DNA of 64,000 nucleotides from Strigamia acuminata. Taxonomy: Eukaryota. The notes beneath the pieces were generated by a model. The model saw only the letters and a program-made list of their open reading frames with translations, was not told the DNA's origin and made no database searches. Shown in pieces: positions 1 through 12,796 of the stretch. Made by a program: the position numbers and the translations under genes. How positions within the stretch are numbered: the first letter of the stretch is position 1; each line of letters opens with the position of its first letter. Location of the stretch: positions 14,012,001-14,076,000 of the forward strand of contig OX442314.1 of NCBI GenBank assembly GCA_949358305.1, read 5' to 3'.

Positions 1-932
1 AAACTGCCGTTTTCGCGACCCCAGACCCACCGGATCCACCGCCACCACAGTCGATCATCGACGTTGACGCTGACACTCATGCCGCCGCTAATTCGGCCCT
101 TGATCCGCCGTCACAACTAGACCAAATTCAAGCTGCCATTGCACGAATGCTAACCTCGTTAGCCATCATGAACAATACAATTAAGGTACATTCAACTGAA
201 ATCACTGCAATGAAAACTGGCTCGTTCAGCAGTATCGATCGCCCGGCCACTCTTCCGACTGCCCCGCCGCGGCTGCTGTTACCGCTACCAACACCGCCGC
301 CCCCGTCTTCGTCGTTGCCGCCGCCTCGACTGCCCCCGTCCTTGTCGACGTCAACCGTGACCACGTCGTCAACACCGCTGTCGTACGCCCAAGCGCCGCT
401 CCCCATCACCGTCCACTCAACCACCGTATTGATTCTGAAATCAACACTGAAGTCCAGTCGCCGACTCGCCAAAAGGCCTATCCCTCACGGCGTACTGCCC
501 CTCGCCTCCGCTCGAATATTGGAAACGTTGTCGGCAGCTCCCTACGTGCCGCTACGTCTCTAAATGACCGCCCAACTACTCGAATCATCCTGTGTAACCT
601 GCTGGCCGCCACCACGAGTGACGAGGTCTGCAAATACGCAGAGTCCCGTGGCCTGACCGTCCTCCAGTGTGATAGATGGACAAAAGAAAACAGCAGGATC
701 AGCAAGCCTTTCTTCCTTCGTATTGCCTCGGACGATCTTGCCTCACTCCTCTCCCCCAACCTGTGGCCCTGCAGCATTGAGGTCCGTCCCTTTCACGGCA
801 AAAATCCCCCCCTCGTTTCTTCTACCCAAATTAATATGTAATTCGTAATTTGCATCTGTAATTTTTTACTCACTTGTATCTCATCTCTTTTTACTCCTTT
901 GGAGTGCGAATAAATAAATAGATAAATAAAAA
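1..932 (+). mobile_element. 3' part of a non-autonomous CR1/L2-like non-LTR retroelement: ORF1, short 3'UTR and (AATA)n tail, no ORF2
   Basis: GC-rich. A Pro-rich frame runs 3-~395 (…TPLSYAQA), then shifts to a frame ending TAA at 839-841 that encodes RIILCNLLAATTSDEVCKYAESRG…KPFFLRIASDDLASLLSPNLWPCSIEVRPF, resembling the RRM-like 'WPxxxxVRxF' C-terminus of CR1/L2-type ORF1. Tail aataaataaatagataaataaaaa at ~909-932. Confidence 0.65.
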
Positions 933-1062
933 CCAAACTTGTGTTTGCTCAAGCAAGTTTTTAGCCGCTTTTTCAAGTAAAAGCAAGCTTTTAAATTTTA
1001 CCTGCTCCCTTGTGTTTCCACCCTTTAGATTTAGACTATATAAAAAATAACAACAAACTAAC

Positions 1063-4000
1063 TAATAATCGGTTCCATCATTCTGAAATAAACTCTCCAG
1101 ACTGCATCCAAACTGCATCCACTATCCAAATAAATAGCTCCGGCTACAGATTCGAATACATCACCCAAAGCTTTGGGCACTTCAACTTCCTCCTCATCTA
1201 GACACTCATTTTCTTCATATAACGACTGAAAATAAAGAGAAAATATAAACAAAAATAAAACAAATTCGGACGTCTTAAACTAAACCTTTTTTTAAGCTCA
1301 CCATAATATTTATTCTATCTCTCTCCACCAATGCCAGAAATTTATTTATGGCATTAAACAAACTTGGGCTTCTAGCATTCAAACGATGATGAAAATGAAA
1401 CTGCACAGCTAATTTGGCAAAAGTGATGTTATTAACCAAAGCCGACCTCATATCAGTCAACTTCCCCGGCGGAAACTTCCTCTTGTCTTCGAAAAGATGC
1501 CAGGTAATCAAATAATCTTTTTAAACAAAAAATAATTAATTCAATTCGTAAAATATTTAAATTGCATATTCAATTAACCTAAAATTGCATCTCCAAGAAA
1601 TTCGAGTCTCTGATAACAATCAGTCACCTGATTATTGTAATACGAAGGATGAGTAAAGGCCTGAACAAGGAAGGACCTGTCTCGAAAGGCGTAACCAATT
1701 TCCGCTTCAAAGTCGTCCAATCCCAACTGCAGTTTCTCCGGTGCGCATTTCAATGGATTGATTAAAGCCGTAGTCGGAAAATTATACGCTTTAATCTCGC
1801 TCATCCCCGACGACTCATCAATCGGCAATATCTTAAATCCAAGAAAGATGAGAAAGCGCAGAGCTGCTGCCGGTCCCGCGTACAACAAATACGCTCCAAG
1901 AATCGCCTCGACACAATCGGCGACGCTTTTGTCCGCAATCAGCTGAAACCGTGTCAAGTTTTTCACATCCTCTTCCTTCTCCAAACGGACAGTTTCGTCT
2001 CTGGTGTTCATCGTGCTAATGGCCAAAGACCAGATCTGACCGTTGTCCATCTTGCTCAAATCGTAACCGATGAAATATTTCCACGCGTGGAAGGGCATCC
2101 CAGCACCGATCAACTTGCGCTCCGATTCGGTCTTGGTCTTGAAACCAGGGGGCAACCAATGGGTCGCTGGTGAAAAAATTTCAGATTTAACCAGGTTAGC
2201 TAAGCCATTTTTCTTGGATAGACGATACAAGTGCGAATTCGACACTATAGTCCCTCTGCCGCTAGTCAATTTGCCCTCATCGGCTAATGAGAATTCGCTG
2301 AAGAGGTAAAGCGTCGTCGCATACTTCAAAAATGCATCGCCCAAGAACTCCAATCTCTCCATATCAAAGCAATCGTTCGCAGCACGCGTGGTGAGCGCAT
2401 TTAGAATCACGTGTGGCTCTGGGTCCGCTTCTGCCGTATCAAACTCGATACCGTGTTCGATTTTATAGTCGAATTCCCAATTGTTTTCATTCGCAACCGA
2501 TACATCCCGGCACCGCTTTTCCACATCTGACCATTTGCTGTGAACCAAATCGCTCAAATCAAAAAATAGCGTGTCAGTCGACACCTGGCCCAAAAATTCA
2601 TGCGCTAACAGCAAATCGTTCAAACGGTATATAATACTCGGCATCATCATTGCCAGGTTGAAGTGTGACGCACTAATCGGTAAAACGCAGCAAAGTTCGG
2701 GCACCAAGAATGTTTCGTGATCCATAACTACGCCATTAATCGTCATGGTCTTTTTCTTGCTCGTTTTCGCGACCTTGATCGGCAGCATGTTTAGTCCGTT
2801 GTCGGTAATCATTTTAACCGCCAGTAACGGTTGATCCATGTTTTGAATCGCCACCTTGTACTTACGGTGGTAATAATCGGCGAACGATTTATACTGAGTG
2901 ATTGAGAATGGATGCGATGGATAAATTCCACTCATAATTTTCTTCACGATAAAAAATATTCTATCGCTGATGTACAGAGGCACTACCACACTATCTGTGT
3001 ACTTAGATTCTTCGTATTGAAAATTCTTCCTTTCCTCCTTGGAGGGCAGGTCACCAAACTCGTGTTTATTCATTTCCTCGATTAACTGCCAATCCGGAAA
3101 GAACAAGGGTTCACTAGAGGCACCATCTATAAACGCAATGCGCATATTAAATTTTACACATATAAAATAAATAAAAAATAAAAAAAACCAGAGCCAGCTT
3201 CAAAATAAGTCATCTTCTCGCAGGGCCGGATTTACCGCTCTAAAGACGCAATTACGGCAAACAAAAACCTGGCCCTGCGTACAAGATTTCCTATATTTGT
3301 TGTAGCTTAGAGTTCGTGGTACAGTAAAAGCTGTTTAATTCGGCATTGGAATAACCAGTAAGCTCTAGTAAAGAGAATGTTGTGAGAATGCCCAAATTCC
3401 ACTTTTTATGTTTGTTTTTGTGTACAATCCTGCTCACATAAAATGGTCACGCTAGTTGTAGCCAATGTAAAGTAGCGTGAAGATTTTATGCGAGCAGAAT
3501 TATACATTCAAGCATTCTGGACGTAGAAAATACATAAAAAGTGGAAAAGGGGGATCTTAACTAATAATCAAATACAATTTTGCCATTTTATTTTCTTCCT
3601 TCCATTCTAAGTAAAAGGAACATAGAAAACATAAACAAATTTGAATACTCAAGAGTATGCTTTCAATGATCTCAAGAAGTGCTAATATGATATTAAAATT
3701 TAAATAAAAATAGTTTTTATAATGGGGAAAATTTATTGCCGGATAAAATAGCTTTTACTCTACCTTAATTTGGCCCGGTCTTCAGGTCACCTTTAACAAA
3801 TTCTTGCTTACGATTTATAATAGGAATGACGAAAAGTGTCGTATCTGCTGTCAGGGGATTAAAATCTGTTGGGAGTGAGTTGATTCGTAAAAAATCTATG
3901 AAGAATTTCTGATGAAATTGTGCCAAGTCTTCTAACTCGTGTGTTTCAAACATTAAATTCTGCTCTAGTTGCACTACTTCAACCCAGTGTTTGCCATTTT

Positions 4001-7000
4001 GGGTGAAAATTGGAAAGGGATGAACCTAATGTTATATTCAAAGCCAAGATTAAAAGCTACCGGCAGAGTAAAACTTAAGTGTACCTCTGGTAATGCACAA
4101 GTAGTAATTATTCCAAAACTGCGACAACCAATTTCTGTGTCATAAATCGTTCCACCAATTTTTTCTTTAGCCCATTTGGAAAGTTTTACACGAATGAGAT
4201 ACAAATAGCAGGCAACATTTGGACGTGGACAATTTCGAAATTCTGGAGCGACCTAAAACATGAAAAGTAAAGAATATAAGCAATAATAAGCAACTCTTTA
4301 AAATAACAAACAAAATACTTGTTTTTGGTACAATTGACGTCGTTTTAAAGAACCCGGTGGTGGGCTTCCCAAGCTCACCTCCTCCTCTTCAACACCGACT
4401 AGCTGACTAGTGAATTGTGAGTAGTCTTTGCTTGTTGGAAGTAAATCGTCATTCAAAGCGCCTAGTGTAATACAATTTAAAAATAAGTTTTCTTATTGCC
4501 AGTTATCCAACTGATTTATTTTTATTACCACACTCGTGAAGAAGTTTGCAAGCTTTCATAGCTACTGATTTCTTAGCTAGCTTTACAGTTCTCATTATAT
4601 CACCCTAGAAATTGAAAATGTTAATAAAATCATTAGGCTCGTTCAAAGTTTCCGTTTTTACCATTCCTATAAACGAAATGACATAAAAAAAAACCAGAAG
4701 CCATCAGCATCACCAAAAACTGCAAAAACCAAAACCACGATTGTAGTGGTTTATGAATCAGGTTTTGGTTTGTACAATTCAAAATGGCCACCTCGAACAT
4801 TAGATCATCGGATCAAACTTTGGTTTTGGTATTCAAGTAGCCCTGGGTATGTATAATTCAAAATAGCCACCTCGAACGTTAGATCATCGGATCAGACTTT
4901 CAAGTGTCAGGCGAAGCATGCACCTCCGAAAATGTGAGTAAATGCTAAATTATGTTTAAATAAGGGGGGCCAAAACCACAATTCGTTGATTAAATGAATG
5001 TAATTTTTATGCCCCATGTACTTGTGCAATAGTGACGAACACATTCACGGTTAGGTCGTTTTTATAAACAGCATAAACCGAAAATTGGAACGCACCTTTA
5101 CTAAAACAATAAGACTTCAAGATACCAATTAGGTAAGCGAACCAAAAGAAGTACAAAAGGGTTGCCGTTTTGATTCAATTTTTTTATTTACGAAAATTAT
5201 ACTTACTTTGATTCCCCTGCGCAGTGGCGAATTGAAAGGAAGCCACAGTATGCATCGAAATTCATATTTTTCTCCCACAATAGAATTCGATAAGAGAACA
5301 TCAAAATCGTCCCACAAATCTGGATCGTCAGCATCAACTTCCCCATACGGTGGAGGACATTTAGGCTTCACTTTTTGAAATTTTACTCGCGGAGTCAAGC
5401 GTGTGAACTTATCTTTAGGCAGCAAAGCACAATATCTAACAAATAATAAAATTATTTAAAAAAAAAAACATTTTCGATTATTAAAATTCATACCTATTGA
5501 CTAATTGTATAGCACTAAACATTGTTACGACAGGTCCATCTTTTCTTCTAGGATAATAAGGATCTATCTCCACATCGTAAAATCCTTTAATTTCGCTTTC
5601 AGTTGGTGGCATCCTTTCCTTGCATATTATTTGAAGTGCCTAGATTATAGAAACAATATAAAAATAACATGCAATTCCTTTTACAAACGATAATAAAACA
5701 GGCAAGTGCTTTTTTGTAACAATATACTCTGGAATGGTACATACACATAAACTTAAAAACAAACCGTTAAAGGCAATATCAAATGTTGAAATAACGGCAT
5801 GCCAGACACTAGGTTACATAAATACAAAAATAGCACTGAATATTTTTACTTACTTCTTCAATATTGCGATACATGGAAATATTTCCACTCAGATTTTCGT
5901 AATCATTCTCTTTCACCAACATTATGTAATTAGAATCAACCGCTCGAGCTCTTCCCTTCGACTGCACATATGCTCGAAAATCTTTAGGCTCGTCAAACCG
6001 AATCACCAGATTACACGTCGGAATATCCATCCCTTCTTCGACAACTCTCGTCGCAACGAGAACATTGCATTCTTGCTGACGGAATTTTAAAATCTTCTCC
6101 GCCTGCTTCCTCGATTTCATTTGCGCGTGGTTCAACTTCGCCGGATTTGCTCCCTGACCTATAACGAATTCGGACGTGATAAAACCGTAATCATCACTGT
6201 GTTCCTTTAATTGCTGTATAAATTTATTGATGACCCAAGCAGTAGACCTTCTCTCAACGAAAATAATCGCTTTAAAGTCGTCCGTTTTCGGAGAAGTATT
6301 ATCAAATTCACCCATAGCCGCTTCATCATTCGAACTTATATCTCTCAACAACTCCCTCTGACGTATCAACTCGACATTCGGCTGTACATTCGTCGGCTTG
6401 TACTTCAGAAGTGTCTCGAACAATCTCTTAACTTTATGCGCCGAGAACCGCATCATTGATTCGTACTCGCTATTGACGTATCTGGCAAAATACGCCTCAG
6501 ATCGTATGACAAGCTGTTCAATAAACCTTTTAACGTTCTGAAAATACATCATACTCTCTCCCGTGACATCGTCTTCTATTTTAACCAATTCCACGACCAT
6601 TTGCTTCGCTATTGTCGCCGTGCACCACAATCCTAACTCTTCGACAGAAAAAATAAGATCTTTTAGCAGTCTGTTGAGTTTAACAACGGGACCAATGATT
6701 GATTTAAATTCGTCTTCATCGTCGAAATCATCGTCGAAATTATCGTCGTCGTCGTCGTCGTCATCGTCGCCGTCGATGTTCATAACAAACTTTTCGAAAT
6801 CCTTATCGGTGGGCGTTTTGGGTAGTTTGTCCAATTCGTTGTTCAATGCGATCAACAATCCATTTTTCAACGTGTCGTACGTGGTCAAATCGCTGCAACA
6901 AACGAACAGTTCCTTCGGCTTCGTTGAATAAAGCGCAGCGGCTGCGGTGCTCGTCGGAGTTTCGATTACGGAATTTAAGGTGATTTCCAGTTTATGGATT

Positions 7001-10000
7001 TTTGCCACGATTTGGTTCGGTTTGCATTTCCCGTTCAGTACTGAAGCGGTGAGACCCAACACTTTAGGTTTGTCTCTGGGGCCACATCTCTCAAAATTTC
7101 TCATCACTTGCACGATCGTGTCTCCACCAACAGCGTGATGACATTCATCAAAAATTAACAAGTTGATTTGAGAGAGTTGTATGTAAGCCTTGTTGAGAAT
7201 GTCGACTAAAATTTGCGTCGTCATCACCAACACTTCATCCTTTTCAAATATTCGTTTCCACGCGTCAATATCCCAAGCGTCCACATTCATCGAGCCTGTG
7301 TAATGGCCGACTTGCAGTCCCGTATGCTGTCTTATGACAGTAGCTTGCTGGGCTACTAATGGCACTAAATATCATAAAAGGAATTTTGAAATTAATTAAT
7401 CAGTGAATTAATTAATTGCAGTGTACTCTGTGTGGTCCGGACATAGCAAGAGCCCCAAAAAATTGTCCAGTCAGGCGAGTATATGCTCTCTCTAGTACAG
7501 CGCTTCTGAAAGTATGTAATGTGTCTATAGACCAACAGACCATTGTAAGTGAACATACATGTCATGTAATTGTCTGTTGTGCCACCTAGTGACCATAAGA
7601 AGCGCCTGGCGACAGGAAGCTCCAGAACAATGAAATTACAGCCCCAAACCAGGAATGACTAATGCATGCCAACTATACCTCGACTAAATAAGTGCCCAAT
7701 TCCCCATCACATTAAAAAAACCAGTTAAGTTGAGGTTCGCACGGGGAGGGGGGAGTCAAGGGGGGGGGCCCTGGCCCCCTCTTGTTAAGAAAAAAACCCA
7801 AGAACACGCAAAAAACCAAGAAACAGCATTTGTCACTCTTGGCTGAGGAGCCCGCTGTTGCCAGGCGTTACTGTGATCATATTGTTAACCTTAAGTTCGT
7901 TTTTGTGATCAACGATAGAGCGCGCCGATTATGATGATGACGAGTCAAAACGACGCGCCATGTTTTTTACCGTTAATAGCAAGTAAATATATTTTATTTT
8001 CAATTTTACAACACGACTTTGACTCAAATTCGATCACAAGAAATCAGGCGACATCTTCTTGTCGTACACCATCCGGATAGAAAAGCAAATTTAACAATGC
8101 AGGTTACCGTACTGCCTCATTTAAACGCCCGGATTCATTCGGACGTACACTCAAAACTTTATAGTCGCCGGCCCCGTATTAACGCCGGGTTTCAATTTGG
8201 CGCCGGGCAAACGGGGAATGGCCAATTACGTCTACAAAACGTTTCTGAAGTGCCGCACAAAAATTGACGCTGCTGCAATTGTTGGCACTTTCCGGGTGCC
8301 TTTGCTGTTTCTGATCACTTATTAACTAAATGGGATGTGTAGATGATTGCAAAATATAAAATTAAAAATTTATTTCCAAAAAATATTTTTTTTTTGCTAC
8401 TTTGTTTTTCCAAAAATTTATTTTGGACTATTTTTCTGGTTAAACGCCTGGTTCAAATAAATGCCTGGTTTCAAATTAAATTACCGCCTGGCGGGTTGGC
8501 CCACGGTACGGTATTCATTGGCCCCACCAAACTTGTATGCATTTCGAGCTGTCCGGGCAGCGCTATGGCCAGGGCCACCGAAAGCATATTGAGCCAAAAG
8601 GGCTGAAGACCCGGGGTGACGGGTGTCAAAAGGCACCGGGCGCTTCCTACGTAATCTTCGTTTATGTGCACCATTTATAACTTGTTCCTACATGTATATC
8701 TAATGTGTTCTCTGGCGAGTTCATCTAGTCATTAGTTATGACGTAGATGAAGTATTGTTATGACTCGTAACAATACTTCGGAGGACCAGATCACTGTTCT
8801 CTGATGGAAAATCACGGGGAAGTGTTGGGGCAGCATGATCCATTCCATGATATCTGACACGGGGCAAGGGCACCTGATATTTTTAGCCCAAGATGCTTCG
8901 ATGTATTATGTTCGAACCACACAGAGTTAACTGTAATTGAGGAAAATAAAATTAAAATTAAAGCACCTGTTTTCGCAAGGAAAAAAGTTCGTTTGCCGCC
9001 ACGAGAAAATGGTTTCTTAATAGATTCCATCATTTCTCTGATAAGCATTACAGCAATGAATGTTTTGCCTGAACCTGTACCAAGGCAAACTACTATATTC
9101 TTCTTGACTGCTTTTTCTAGCAGTTCAACCTAAGAGAAAAATTAAAAAAAAAAAAAGATTTTTAGAACTTGAAGTATTATAGCTCATCTACAGTGGGGGG
9201 CAAAAGTAAGTTTACAAACGCATCACGTTGATTCTCCCGGCTGTATCTCCGGAAAAAATAAAGAAAAATTAATGAAATTTTAACTGGACACGTACAGAAA
9301 AACGATCCCAATGGTAAAATGGCTTGGGGATGGTTTCCTGTATGTGTATCGGTCCACAACATTAAATTAAGGGTTTCATGGGCCAATATACTTATGAAAA
9401 AGTATTGGAGGACTGTTATGCTTCCATTTGCAGATGATAAACTGCCTTTGACATGAATATTTCAGCAGAAAAATGATTCTAAGCATAAAGTCAAGCGGAG
9501 TCAAGGCAATTGCTCAGTGTTTCACAATGGGATTGCTTGTGGTTTGGATGTTTTAATGAAGTGTATGAGTGACTACACATGTGTTTATGGATAAATTATA
9601 ATATTTGCCACATATTTTATAATGGGAATGGCTAATTGTTTGTGGATAATGGGTATGTAAACTTAATTTTGCCCATTACTTTTTCATGTCACTTCACAAA
9701 AAAAAATTTTTCTCAGAAACTAATGGATAGATTTTGATAAAATTTTAGGTGAATAAAGTAGGATGCTGTACAAGCATCCAGTTAAAATTTCATTAATTTT
9801 CCTCTATTTTTTCCGGAGATACAGCCGGGAGAATCAACGTGATGCGTTTGTAAACTTACTTTTGCCCCCCACTGTAATTCATTTGAACAAAATTCACGAG
9901 CAACATTCAAAAAGTCCTGTTTTGTTTTTTCTGGATCTTTTCGATCGGGCGCACCAACAAGTGGAAAGGTGCTAACGGGGCAAAAATTGTCTTGGAAGAG

Positions 10001-10733
10001 CAAAAATTACAACTCTGGCTCCAGGTGCAAGATTTGTTTTCTGCAGCCTTGCTTTTAACATCACAAAATAAAATCACTAAAAGCAATTAACACGACTTTT
10101 TGAATGGACCTATTATTTTAAAGAAATTAAAATTTGACAAGCAATAGCAAAGTTAGATCGTGACAAAAATGCTGTTTAGTCTAAATTACTTTACGAATGC
10201 GTCAACTGCATGTTTACATTAAAAAAAATGTTCCTTTTTTATTTTTATGGTTACATTTTAACAATTGTTTAAAACTGTAAAAAAAAAAAAAAAAAAAAAA
10301 AACAGATGAGGGAAATTCCCCGGTTGTTTTAGTTTCAGTTTTAGTTTTATTGTAATTTTTACTTACCAAGGCTTATAAGAAATGTTTTTAAATTTAGTTA
10401 ATAAATTTTTCACAACCAAATTTACTCACTGATACTCTCCAAATGTTCTTCAATGCAATTAGTCGATTATAATTATTATTATTATTAATACTATTTTTTT
10501 AAATGCATAAATTAAATTTTACTCAGATTCTTAATTTATTTCAAACCACACTGACAAATGAGACCTAAAAATGCAATAATAATGTTTGATTTTCATCAAA
10601 AAAAATGTCCGTTAATCTTAAAGTGGGATTGCATCATTGCCGTCTTCAGTCCAAAAACACTTACGATAAATGCACTTACTTGGTACTGCCGTGGAATAAA
10701 CCCAGATTCATCGCTTGATTCTGATTCTGCCAT
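1063..10733 (-). CDS. Dcr-2: Dicer (Dicer-2-like) paralog A, exons 1-12; dsRBD exons not in window
   Basis: Exons 10680-10733, 8967-9129, 5854-7364, 5494-5639, 5207-5435, 4529-4604, 4319-4461, 4085-4252, 3812-4025, 1579-3126, 1302-1516, 1063-1225; all GT-AG with consistent phases. Motifs: [28 protein letters not shown]283 ([10 protein letters not shown]), PAZ (SFADYY…LVPELC), RNase IIIa [13 protein letters not shown], RNase IIIb [14 protein letters not shown]. Confidence 0.9.
7594..7877. mobile_element. degenerate MITE in intron 2 of Dicer A
   Basis: Imperfect ~30-bp inverted termini (cataagaagcgcctggcgacaggaagctcc / ggagcccgctgttgccaggcgttactgtg) and a G-rich internal hairpin; absent from the paralogous intron of copy B. 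Confidence 0.45.
9191..9874. mobile_element. Tc1/mariner-type MITE (684 bp) in intron 1 of Dicer A
   Basis: Near-perfect TIRs of ~97 bp starting CAGTGGGGGGCAAAAGTAAG, flanked by TA on both sides; the paralogous site in copy B (~22555-22580, gctcatttaattcatttg) is empty. Confidence 0.9.
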
Positions 10734-11099
10734 CTTTCTCACTGCGAGAAATTCTTTATATTGTTAAGTCTGACAAGTGAGAGGAAGTTCGGAGACTTGG
10801 CAAAGCAATCCAACGTCGCCAATTAACAATTTGTCCCCTCACGAGTATATAAACAAAATCACAAACCGGGGAAATCCCTTTCAGTTTCATTTTTCTGCGC
10901 TCCTGATAGGCTTCCGCGAGTCATGTGATACAAACTAGCCTCAATCGAACCTCGCGAGGATCAATAACTAGTTTACGCTTCTAACCGTGCCTTCGTGTTC
11001 CTGAAGAAATCTTCCTCTTGATCCAAATATTAATTTTTTTTCAATAATTTATCTTCAAATAATGACTGTATGAGTGTGAAGTATGCATATCTTTTTTTC

Positions 11100-11370
11100 C
11101 ACAGCGTCTCGACCAATCATCCGCCCATTACCGATTGCCAGACATCTATAAGCGATCAACGCCCCCTTCGCACTCATTTTTGTACCGCGCCTTGCGAGTT
11201 TGGAGACCTAACCTAACCTAACCTAACCTAACTGAATTTGAATTAGGTCAGGTTAGGTTAGGTCTACAAAGTCGCAAGGCGCAGTGCAAAAATGAGTGCA
11301 AAAGGGGCGTTGATCGCGTATAGATGTCTAGTGATCGGTAATGTGCGGATGATCAGTTGAGACCACGGTG
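11100..11370. mobile_element. foldback/MITE-like palindrome with a core of (CCTAA)n and (TTAGG)n
   Basis: Two imperfect inverted arms of ~125 bp; (CCTAA)5 at ~11207-11232 faces about three TTAGG-like units at ~11243-11262. No TSD seen. Confidence 0.75.
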
Positions 11371-12411
11371 TAAGAGAACAGGTGTTGAAGCGACTCCCCT
11401 AGCTTTGACCTGATAAGTATCCTACTAGTAACGAAATGTGTCACCATGTGGCGCTGAAAACATTTGGGCCTTGTTATGTTGTCTCGATGTATTTTAAAAG
11501 AGCTGGTGATCTGTGGAATTGCACTTTAACAATGAGAAATATTTTATAGGAATGTCATTTTGATTTTTTTTAAATTCCAGCTAACATTAATTTATATATT
11601 AAAATTACATTTTGAGTGAATTTTAATTTTTCAAACAAAAAATGTATTTTTGCTACTAACAGCAAGTAAAAAAATCAATACCGGTATTATAAATTGTTTA
11701 ATATTGCTGCTAAATATTTGTTAATTATTTTCTAGGATTTGATTACATCAACTGATGGAGTTAACATTGGAACTGATTAATGTTTGCAAGTTTGGTATTG
11801 GAAAGTTCTTTTCATGCACAATGGGTAATTTTATTCACAATTTATTGTGTGTTGAATATTTTTATTAGGGATACCTGAATACTAAATTTCTATTTTAAAT
11901 TCAAGGCTGGCTTAAATTCAATCAGCGCCCGGTGCGATTGTTTTCGTGCGGCCTGCCGTTCATTGCTTTCAATGCTCGTCGGGGAATTTTGGTGCCCAGT
12001 GCGATTGCACCGCTCGATCTTACCTAAAGCGGGCCCTGTTTAAATTTGTTACTTTTGGCACACCTAGAAATGTGGGGCGTTTGATCGAATTTTTTATTTT
12101 TTTATTTTTTTATTTTTTTATGCATGAAGTGTGTTGCAATTTGCAAAACAATCAATGATTTTACAACTAAAAAACAAAACATTTGTATTACATTTATGCA
12201 AGTTATATGACTGTTGTTCACCGACCCAAGTAACGGTTTCCATACCAAATTTGCAAGTTATCATTTTCTTTTATTGATTGTGTTTTTCGCTGTGCCAATT
12301 GTAGCATCGACCTTGCCAATTGTAATGCCTTCCAACCAAATGGGCCGGGCTCGTAAAGTCGATGCAATTGTCAATTGGGTAACTCGTAGTGCGACCTTAA
12401 TTGCTCTAGCA

Positions 12412-12796
12412 CAGGGGTTCCCAAACTTTTTAGCATTGCGACCCATTTTTAAGAAAGGCAATCTTCCGTGCATTAAATTTTTCCCAACCTGCAAAATTCA
12501 TCAGTTTGGGGACTTACAATATAAAACTTCAATTTTTGGAAGTTTTGGTTGGTTTTTTGAAGATTTTTGGACAATTTTGGATAGTTTTTGTAGATTTTCA
12601 GAGATTTTTCTGAAGATTTTGAAGCTTTTGCAAGCCTGCAGTGCATTGCAACCAACTACAAGCCGTAAGTTAGAATTAGAATTGGCAAAAATTGAAAAAA
12701 AAAATTTTAGAGACAAAACTTTTGGGCGACAAAGTGATTGAACACCGTTGCGCCCCACCAAAAATCAACTCGCACCCCACAGTTTGGGAAACGTTG
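12412..12796. mobile_element. hAT-like MITE (385 bp)
   Basis: TIRs CAGGGGTTCCCAAACT / AGTTTGGGAAACGTTG; 8-bp TSD ctctagca / ttctagca with one mismatch; sits in one unit of a ~55-bp tandem repeat whose second unit (~12810-12865) is empty. Confidence 0.75.

Noticed and set aside
128..777. Minus-strand ORFs 128-472 and 478-777
   Set aside because: Antisense shadows of the GC-rich ORF1 on the + strand; no recognisable motifs.
11207..11262. True telomere or chromosome-fusion scar
   Set aside because: Only ~8 repeat units, inside a longer non-telomeric palindrome, and in CCTAA-then-TTAGG order, the reverse of an end-to-end fusion.
12214..12761. ORFs of 175, 86 and 77 aa
   Set aside because: They run across a hAT MITE and low-complexity repeats; no domain signal.
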